A stretch of 32,000 bases of DNA, taken from the NCBI RefSeq assembly GCF_018389705.1, contig NZ_CP065581.1, positions 750,001 through 782,000 of the forward strand, written 5' to 3'. Shown here piece by piece: positions 21,756 through 32,000 of this stretch (its first letter is position 1; the number at the start of each line of letters is the position of its first letter). The notes beneath the pieces were generated by a model. The model was not told the origin of the DNA. It did no database searches and worked only from the letters and a program-made list of their open reading frames with translations. The translations under genes and the position numbers were made by a program. Origin of the DNA: Mycoplasma mycoides subsp. capri. GTDB taxonomy: Bacteria; Bacillota_I; Bacilli_A; Mycoplasmatales; Mycoplasmataceae.

Positions 21756-23726
21756 CTAATTAAAAATATTATCAAATAATTTAGTAGATTTTAAACCATC
21801 ACTAAAACCATCTGGATATAATTTCTGAAGATTTTCTCTAAATGATGATTTTTGATATTTATATCTAGTTTTATCAGTTCCATCAATTAAGTTATAAGCA
21901 TAAATAATATTATCTCCGATTTTTATGTTATCTGATTGTAAAAACGGAGCTATTGTTGCATGCTGAAGTAAATCTCCAAACTCAACATTTGATCTAACAT
22001 TATTATATATACCTATCATTTGACCAAATTCATTATAAGCTAGTGAGCCTGAAGCTCCATAATATAATGAAGAAAAATTAACATTATATTGATACCCATA
22101 AAAAGTTGCAAAAACTCTGTGTCAATAATTGTCTCTAATACCAAAATTAGACACAAATCCTATGCTTGTTTCAAATTCGTTAGGATAAGCAAATGTTTCT
22201 TTATTTGTTTTAGAAGTTCTAGAATAAATCGTTAATTTATCTAAGTTTCTTTCAACTGGATTGTTTTGCATTCAATAACTTTTATTATATTGATTTGTAG
22301 AATAACCAGCTATATAAATGTCTTTTGCATTATATAAATTTTTATCTGATTTATCTTTTCTAAAAAGTGCTGAAGTATAATCTGTTGTTTGCAAATGTTT
22401 AGAAATTTCTTTATTCTGATTTGGTAAATTATCAGTGTTTTCTAGTCTTTTTAAATATCTGTTTAACCCATCAACAGCATTTTCAACTCATAATTTTAAT
22501 GTATGATCAGCCTTAGACAAATCAATATCAATTTCAAAAACAGCAAAATCAACCATAATTGGTGCTTTTTTAGTTTTTAAAAAGTCGTCTCAAGCAATTT
22601 TTTCATCCTCATTAAGACTATCTTTTTTATTAGTATCATAATAACTAATAGCTGATTCATAAATTGTTTTATCATATTTACTAGTTGCATAATTATTCAT
22701 AAAATCAACTGCACCAAAGACAAGTTTTGGTTCTGAAATTGCACTAGATAAAGTATGACTACTTAATTGACTTCCAGGATCATTTTTAATATACTCATTA
22801 AATTCTGAACTACTTAAATAGTAATTTGCAGTTCAATTATTTGTTTGTGTTTTATTATTTTTACTACTAAAATCATTAACATTTTCAGCTTTACCTAAAC
22901 CAATTCCAACAACTTTATTATTAGATGGATCATAATAATTAAATTCTTTATTTTGCTCTTCAGTTAATGAATTACTAAATTCAGATAAAACGTGTAAGTT
23001 AGTAGCTAAAAATAATTTATATTTATTTTCATTATTATATTTATGATAATCTAATAATCATCCAGTTCCTGTACCATTACTTAAAAAACCACCATTATTT
23101 AGTTTTGTTAAAAATTTAATTGAAAAAGTTCTATCATATAGTTCTTTATAAATTTCTTCTGCTGAAACTGTAGTAAATTTATTTATAAATTCTGGATAAC
23201 TATGATTTGCAGGACTATAAATAGAGCCTTCTATAAACTTGTCTTCAACATTATTACTATCAGCATTTATAATCAGTTGATTATTTTGCTTATCATTAAT
23301 TATTTTATTAATATGTTGATCAACTTCATTTACTAATTCATTACTTTCTAGTTCTAATAATAATTCTTTAGCCTTTTTTAAAAAACTTAAAAGATTATCA
23401 CTATTAAAATCATTAGAAAAATTTTTAAGTTCAGATAAAATGTTGTTTATATTAGATAATTTATTTGAGCTTATTGATTTGCTATTAATTTCTTTTGTTT
23501 TCTTAATAATTTTATCTTTTAAATTTTTATCAATTTTAGGATTATTTTCTAAAATAGATTTAAATTCTTCTAACTGATTATTTAAATCAATTATGTCTTT
23601 TTTATTAGGTGAATTAATAGTTGGAATAAAACCAGGTTTAATTTTATTAGTATGAGTGCATGAAATAGTAACTAATGGAACTAAAATTAAACTAAGACTA
23701 CTTAAATATTTTAATGATTTTTTCAT
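21756..23726 (-). CDS. DUF31-family (Mycoplasma Ig-protease/MIP-type) serine peptidase lipoprotein (656 aa)
   Basis: ORFs 23058-23726 and 21756-22019 are in one frame with many TGA (Trp) between. Lipobox LVTISC. Translated middle: NGTGTGWLLDYHKYNNENKYKLFLATNLHVLS, with His at about 22992; PIMVDFAVFEIDIDLS; NFSSLYYGASGSLAYNEFGQMIGIYNN, with GxSG Ser at about 22050. These match the His/Asp/Ser layout of DUF31 peptidases. Confidence 0.83.
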
Positions 23727-23750
23727 TTATTACTTTCTTTTATTAATAGT

Positions 23751-23779
23751 AAAAACTTAGCTTTTTAAGCTAAGTTTTT
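23751..23779 (-). terminator. Intrinsic terminator of the pdh-pta-ackA operon
   Basis: AAAAACTTAGCTT-TTT-AAGCTAAGTTTTT with A/T tracts, 3' of the ackA stop. Confidence 0.87.
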
Positions 23780-23794
23780 TAACTATTATATCTT

Positions 23795-24976
23795 TTATTT
23801 AATTAAGTTTAAAGTATCTAAACAAATCATTTTTTCTTCATTTGTTCTAATAGCATAAACTGGAATTTTTGATTTTTCACTAGAAATTAATTTATAATCT
23901 GAGTATTTAGCTTGGTTTTTATCTTGATCAATTTGTAAATCTAAAAGTTTAACTTTTTTACAAATTAGATCTCTAATAACATCAGCGTTTTCACCAATTC
24001 CTGCTGTAAATACTACTGCATCAATGTTATCTAAATAATTTGCATACTTAACTATAAAATCAGCAACAATTTGAACATATTTTTCAACAGCAACAACTGC
24101 TTTTTTGTCATTTTTATCATATTGTTCTAAAACATCTCTCATGTCAGCTGAAACTTGACTTAAACCTAAAAGTCCTGATTGTTTATTTAAAGTTTGAGTA
24201 ATTGTAAAGATATCTGAATTTGTTTGTTTTGCAATATATTCACAAATTGATACATCAATATCTCCACTTCTAGTTCCCATCATTAAACCAGCTAATGGAG
24301 TTAATCCCATTGAAGTATCATAAGATTTACCATCTTTAATACATGAAATACTTGCACCATTTCCTAAATGACAAACAATTAAGTTTAAATTTTCTTTTTT
24401 CTTATTTAAAATTTCAGAAGATTTATTAACTATGTATTCATAACTAATTCCATGAAATCCATATTTTCTTACACCAAATTCTTCATATCATTTATAAGGA
24501 ACAGTGTATAAATAATTTACTTCTGGCATAGTTTGATGAAATGCTGTATCAAAACAAGCTACCATATTAGTATTTGGCATTAATTTTTTAACAGCTTTTA
24601 TAGCAATAATTGCAGCTGGATTATGAAGTGGAGCTAATTTAACACTATCTTGAATTTTTGATAATATTTCATCAGTAATAATTGATGAGTGTGAAATTTC
24701 ACCACCATGAACTACTCTAAATCCAACTCCATTAATTTCATCAATATTTGATATAATTTTTAATTCAAGTAATTTGTTTAAAATTAATTGAATAGCATGT
24801 TCATGATCTGGAAGAGGATCTTCAAATTTATATTTTTGATTATTGTGTTCAAATTTTAAAAACCCATCAATTCCGATACGTTCTGCTAGACCATCTAATA
24901 TTGGTTCAATTGTTTTTGAAGTATCAAATAATTTAAATTTAATTGAACTACTTCCAGAATTAATAACTAAAATCAT
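23795..24976 (-). CDS. ackA: Acetate kinase (393 aa)
   Basis: MILVINSGSSSIKFKLF...VVHGGE...MVACFDTAFHQTMP and GLTPLAGLMMGTRSGDIDVS...VFTAGIGENA. The two track ORFs are joined by TGA (Trp) codons. Confidence 0.97.
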
Positions 24977-24988
24977 TTAATTTTCTCC

Positions 24989-25957
24989 TTAATAAGATAA
25001 GTGTAGTGTCATTATAGCTGTATTTAAAACATCTATAAATGTAGCACCTCTACTTAAATCATTAACTGGTTGATTTAATCCTAAAACAAAAGGTCCAATT
25101 GCTTCAAAACCACCCATTCTTTGAGCAATCTTATAACCAATATTTCCGGCATTTATATCTGGAAAAACAAAGATATCTGGAGTTTGTTTAGTTAATAAAC
25201 AGTTTTTGAATTTTTTATCTCTAGTTTTTTTATCAAAGGCTGCATCAAATTGAATTTCACCTTCACAAACATAATCATTTTGACTAGATTTTAAAATTTC
25301 AACTGCTTTGTGAACTCTATCAACATCTTCACCTTTACCACTACCATTTGTTGAATAGCTTAATAAAGCAGCTTCAACATTTTTTACATTTAAAGTCTTT
25401 GCAAAATCAACTGCCATTTGTGTGATTTCAACTAATTGTTCGCTTGTTGGTTTAATGTTTAAAGCACAATCAGTAAAAATGTAATTTTCATCACCTTTTG
25501 ACATAATAAAGATACTACTTGCAATATTATATCCAGGTTTTGTACCAATAATTTGTAAAGCTGGTCTAATTGTATCAGCTGTTGTATTGTTTAATCCAGA
25601 TAACATACAATCAGCTTGATTTAATTTAACTAACATAGCTCCAACATAATTTGGTAATTGCATTACTTGATGTGCAACTTCAATAGTTGCTTTACCTTTT
25701 CTAAGTTTTACAAATTCTTCACTAAATTCTTTTGTGTCAAATTCATCTAAACAAATGGTTTTAATTGATGAATTATTTTTAATTTCACTTGGAACTTCTT
25801 TTGAAGATTTAAATAATAGAATTGGTAATCCTAATTTTTCATCAACTAAAGTTTTAGCCACAGATTGAATAATTTCAGATTCACCTTCTGGAAAAACAAT
25901 AGATTTTTTTTCTGATTTTAAAACTAGTTGATTTTTAATTTCTTCTAATGTATACAT
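24989..25957 (-). CDS. pta: Phosphate acetyltransferase
   Basis: VFPEGESEIIQSVAKTL, GLNNTTADTIRPALQIIG, SYSTNGSGKGEDVDRV, GEIQFDAAFD, FVFPDINAGNIGYKIAQRMGGFEAIGP. Confidence 0.97.
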   Translation of the reverse strand: MYTLEEIKNQLVLKSEKKSIVFPEGESEIIQSVAKTLVDEKLGLPILLFKSSKEVPSEIKNNSSIKTICLDEFDTKEFSEEFVKLRKGKATIEVAHQVMQLPNYVGAMLVKLNQADCMLSGLNNTTADTIRPALQIIGTKPGYNIASSIFIMSKGDENYIFTDCALNIKPTSEQLVEITQMAVDFAKTLNVKNVEAALLSYSTNGSGKGEDVDRVHKAVEILKSSQNDYVCEGEIQFDAAFDKKTRDKKFKNCLLTKQTPDIFVFPDINAGNIGYKIAQRMGGFEAIGPFVLGLNQPVNDLSRGATFIDVLNTAIMTLHLSY

Positions 25958-25978
25958 ATTATTCTTTCTATAAATTAA

Positions 25979-27871
<1,893 letters not shown>

Positions 27872-27886
27872 TTATCCCTTCACTAA

Positions 27887-29218
27887 TTACATAAACAATA
27901 GTACTGGTTTTGATAGATAATCTTGTACTTTAATTAAAAATCTTCCAGCATCTGCCCCATCAATGATTCTGTGATCACAAGTCATTGATAATGGCATTAT
28001 AAATCTTTTTTGTAATTCACCATTGATATATAAAGGAGTTTGAGACATTGTACCAACTCCTAAAATAGCTGATTCTGGTGAGTTAATAATAGGAGTAGCA
28101 TAATCTAATCCTACTGAACCAAAGTTTGAAACAGTAAATGTTGCTTCAGTCATTTCAGCTCTTGTTAATTTACCATCTTTAGCTTTGTTTGCTAATTCAC
28201 TAATTTTAATTGCAATTTCAAACACACTTAAATGATCAGCACCTTTAATAACTGGAACCATTAATCCGTTTGGTGTATCTACTGCAATTCCGATATTAAT
28301 GTTGTGCATAAATTGGATTTTGTTATTTGCAAAATCACCTCTTACGTTAATATTTGGCATATCACGTAATGATTTAGCAACAGCTTTAATAATAAATGCT
28401 AAGTAAGTTAATTTAATTCCACTAGCTGCAGCATGATCTTTTAGTTCAGTTCTCATTTTGTGAGTTTCAGTAATGTCAGTGTTTTTCATACCAGTAAATG
28501 CAGCAATTTCAGTATGAGATTTTGTCATTGCTTTTACTGTAGCTTTTCTAACACCATTCATTGGAACTTCATCTCAAGATAAAGGTGCACTTGGTTCAAC
28601 AACTTTAATTGTTGGAGTTATAGCTGGAGCTGGAGTTGGAGCTGGTTGACTAGCAACTGGAGCTGGAGTTGGAGCTGCAGCTGGTTGACTAACTGGTTGA
28701 GCTGATGAAGAATGATAATTCTTAATATCAGCAACTAAAATTCTTTGGTTTGGTCCTGTTGGAGTTACTAAAGATAAATCAACATTTAAATCAGCGGCAA
28801 CTTTTCTTGCTAGAGGTGTAGCTTTAATAGTGCTTGATTTTGTAACTGTAGATGCTTGTTTTCTAACAATTAAATCATTTGAAACTGGAGTAGCACCAAC
28901 TACACTAGCGTTTTCTTCAACTACTTCAACTTTAGCTTCTTGTTTAGCTTCAGCTTTTGGTTCACTAGCTACAGAAGCACCTGATCCTTCATCAATTTCC
29001 ATAACTACATCACCAACTTTGATTTCTTGTCCAGCTTTAATGTTAATTACTGCAATTTTTCCAGCCACTGGAGCAGGTATTTCACTGTTTACTTTATCAG
29101 TTTCAACAAAGTATAATGATTGTCCTTCTTTAACAACATCACCAACTTTAACTAAAACTTCAGCGACTGTTCCTTCTGTTAGACCTTCACCTATGTCAGC
29201 AAATTTAACTTTGAACAT
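27887..29218 (-). CDS. pdhC: Dihydrolipoamide acetyltransferase (PDH E2), 443 aa
   Basis: N-terminal lipoyl domain, peripheral-subunit-binding domain (IKATPLARKVAADLNVDLSLVTPTGPNQRILVADI), catalytic domain ending MPLSMTCDHRIIDGADAGRFL. The two track ORFs are joined by TGA (Trp). Confidence 0.97.
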
Positions 29219-29246
29219 ATCTTTTTCCTTTCTAAATATTTATTAT

Positions 29247-30236
29247 TTAAAATTTAAAGTCTAACAATTCTTGCATTTTGACTAGAACTTTTTTAGGGTT
29301 AACTTGGAAGTAACCTTCTCCTCTATCAAATGGAGTAATAACATCATAACCTGTACATCTTGATAAAGGCGCTTTTATGTATTCAAAACATTCTTCATTA
29401 ACAGTTGTAATGATTTCAGCTGAAACTGAGAATGATTTAACAGCTTCATGAACAACTAATAATCTTCCTGTTTTTTTAACTGATTCAACTACCATTTTTT
29501 TATCTCATGGTTTAATAGAACGTAAATCAATTAAATCAATAGTTGCGTTTGGATGAGTTTCTTTTAATAACGCAATAGCTTTTTGACAATCAACAGTTTG
29601 AGCACCATAAGTAACAACAGTTAAATCATTACCTTCTTGAATTTTATAAGCTTCTCCAATTGGTACTATGTAGTGTTCATCTGGAACTTCTTGTTTAAAT
29701 GCTCTATATAGTTTTGTTGGTTCAACAACAATAACTGGATCTGGTGAATCAATTGCAGCTAAAATTAGTCCTTTTGTATCATATGGAGTTGATGGACAAA
29801 CAATTTGAACTCCTGGAATATGAGCAAATACTGCTTCTAAAGCTTCACTGTGGTGTTCTAAAGCACGAATACCTCCACCCATTGGTGTTCTAATAACCAT
29901 TGGAGCAGTGTATTTACCACGAGTACGGTTTCTCATTCTTGAAATGTTAGTGAAAATGTTTTGTAAAGAAGCTAATCCTAAACCTTCAAATTGCATTTCT
30001 ACAACTGGTTTCATACCATTCATAGCCATTCCTAAACCAACACCAGCAAACATTGCTTCACTAATAGGAGCATTAAAGCAACGATCATTTCCAAATTTTA
30101 CAGCTAATCCTTGAGTAGCTCTGAAAACTCCACCTTCAGTTCCAACGTCTTCACCAAATACAATAACATTTGGGTCACGTTGTATAGCGCAATCTAAAGC
30201 ATCAGTTACAGCTTTAATATTATTAATAATAGCCAT
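29247..30236 (-). CDS. pdhB: Pyruvate dehydrogenase E1 component, beta subunit (329 aa)
   Basis: DPNVIVFGEDVGTEGGVFRATQGL, FNAPISEAMFAGVGLG, GGGIRALEHHSEALEAVFAHIPG. Track ORFs 29505-30236 and 29247-29495 are joined by TGA (Trp). Confidence 0.97.
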
Positions 30237-31348
30237 TAGTGGTGTCCTCCTTCTTTAGATTCTGGGTATTTTTCAAAGAATTCTTTAGCTTCTTTGTATT
30301 GTTCTTCTAAAAAGATATCCATTTTGTCGTATTGGTATTTAAAAATATCAATTAGATCATAGTTTTTGTTTTGTTCAACTCAAGCAAATTCATCAGCAAC
30401 TAATTTATCGTGTTCAGCTACTAATTTTTCTTCTTGTTCATCAGATCATACTTTTTTATCAATTAGATATTGTTTTAATCTGATTAATGGATCAAATTTA
30501 GACATTTCTTCAAATTCACCTTTTGGACGGTAAACATCTGGGTTATCTGAAGATGAGTGAGCACCTAATCTATATGTGTCACATTCAACTAAAACAGGTC
30601 CATTTCCTTTTCTTACATATTCAACAACTTCTTTAAATACACCAATACATGCTAAATAGTCGTTTCCATCAACAATAATTGAAGGAATACCAGTAGCAAT
30701 TCCTTTAACAGCGAAGTTAATTGATTTAGTTTGTTCACTTCTAGCTGTTGAAATCGCTCATTTGTTGTTTTCAATAACAAATACACATGGAACTTCATGA
30801 AGTTTTGCAAAGTTCATTGCTTCATAAGTTTCACCTTCACTAGATCCACCATCTCCAGTAGTAGTTACAACAACTCCACCAGTTTTTTTGTATTTTTCAG
30901 CAAAAGCAATACCTGTAGCTTGAGAATATTGTGAACCAATAACAATGTTTGGAGGTAAACAATTTACACCTTCAGGAGCTTTACCACCTGCTTCATTACC
31001 AATTCAATATAGCATAATGTTTCTGATTAATTGACCCATTGCTAATCAACCAGCATTATTTCTATATCCACTTACAAAGTGATCTGTTTTTTTGTTTAAT
31101 GCATTAATGTAAGCAACCTCACAAGCTTCTTGTCCTGTTGAAGATAAAAATGATAACAATCTTCCTTGACGTTGCATAGTGTTTTGATAAATATCTTGTC
31201 TACGAGATAAGTGCATTATTTTGTATGCTTCAAGAACTTCTTGATCAGAAATTTTTGGCATTAACTTAGGATTAATTACTTTTCCGTCTTTATCTAAAAC
31301 ACAAACTTTCTCATTTTTTAGAGGATCAAATTTTCCTAAATAAGTCAT
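30236..31348 (-). CDS. pdhA: Pyruvate dehydrogenase E1 component, alpha subunit (370 aa)
   Basis: Starts at 31348 (MTYLGKFDPLKNEKVCVLDKDGKVINP...SRRQDIYQNTMQRQGRLLSFLSSTGQEACEVAYI) and continues through TGA (Trp). TPP-binding region is visible in the minus strand. The stop TAA overlaps the pdhB start (TAATG). Confidence 0.95.
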
Positions 31349-31390
31349 TTTGATTGTCCTTTCTATTATTTGTTTTGTTTTTTGTTTTAA

Positions 31391-32000
31391 TTAATCTTTA
31401 AATAATAAGTTGGTGATATCATCACTTGTAAAATTCTTAGCAAAAATAGCTTCTAAGTCAAATTGGTTTAAGACATTTTCTATATCTTTTTTATTAAATT
31501 TAACCCCAATTAATTTTGCTTCTAATTTTTCAGTTCCTTGAGTTCCTAAAAAATCACCATAAATTTTAATGTTAGTAATAACTCCATTATCGACATCTAA
31601 GTTTAGGGTAATAAAACCTTTAGATTCAAGGTATTGTTTTTTAACTAGAGAAAATACAGTATTTTTCCCAAATGTTCAGTCTCATTGATCAAACTTAGTT
31701 TCTTTTCTTGACTGAATGTATTGTTTTTCTTGATCAGTTAATTCAATTCATTTAATTTTCTCATTTTGTACATATGAACTAACTACATCATTAATAAAAG
31801 TATTTAAATCAATATCGATATTAATATCTTTGAAAAACTCTTTTATATTTCTAACTCTGGCAGGTTTTGATCTGATTTGTTGATGTTTTAATTTTTCAGT
31901 ATCAACAACTAAATATTTAGGCATTTTAGATAAATCAACATCAAATAGTAATGTACCATGAACTAGTGTTTTTTCATTAGTTTTTAATTGAGCATTTCCT
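31391..32000 (-). CDS. lplA: Lipoate-protein ligase A, C-terminal part (5' end outside window)
   Basis: Minus-strand translation NAQLKTNEKTLVHGTLLFDVDLSKMPKYLVVDTEKLKHQQIRSKPARVRNIKEFF...FDQWDWTFGKNTVFSLVKKQYLESKG...IYGDFLGTQGTEKLEAKLIGVKFNKKDI. Confidence 0.88.

Noticed and set aside
21756-23726. Generic variable surface lipoprotein annotation
   Set aside because: The full frame shows a recognisable DUF31 peptidase His/Asp/Ser motif set.
29908-30114. Plus-strand 68-aa ORF (MYLPRVRFLIL...)
   Set aside because: Antisense to pdhB.

Overview
This is a 32 kb Mollicutes chromosome window, AT-rich with UGA read as Trp. Protein content resembles the Mycoplasma mycoides/capricolum group; that placement is inference. 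Because the supplied ORF track treats TGA as stop, most real genes appear fragmented. I re-joined them in frame by hand.

Left to right, the content is:
- the 3' half of a P-type cation ATPase (+)
- a PTS EIIC-like membrane protein with a long charged tail (-)
- a surface-protein array (-): a DUF285 pseudogene, two intact coiled-coil/DUF285 lipoproteins, a membrane-anchored coiled-coil protein, and an S41-family peptidase-like protein with a C-terminal TM anchor
- thiI and an ezrA-like gene (-), divergent from rpsD (+), which has a structured leader
- dhaL-dhaM (-) with no dhaK in the window
- ptsI, crr and a small membrane protein (-)
- coaD (-)
- a lipoprotein that I identify as a DUF31/MIP-type serine peptidase from its joined sequence
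- a pyruvate-to-acetate operon (-): lplA-pdhA-pdhB-pdhC-pdhD-pta-ackA

The best leads are the DUF285 array with its stop-riddled but in-frame relic (possibly a silent donor cassette), the orphan DUF31 peptidase just past the ackA terminator, and the structured rpsD and ptsI-crr intergenic RNAs. No CRISPR array, tRNA, rRNA or obvious transposase was found.
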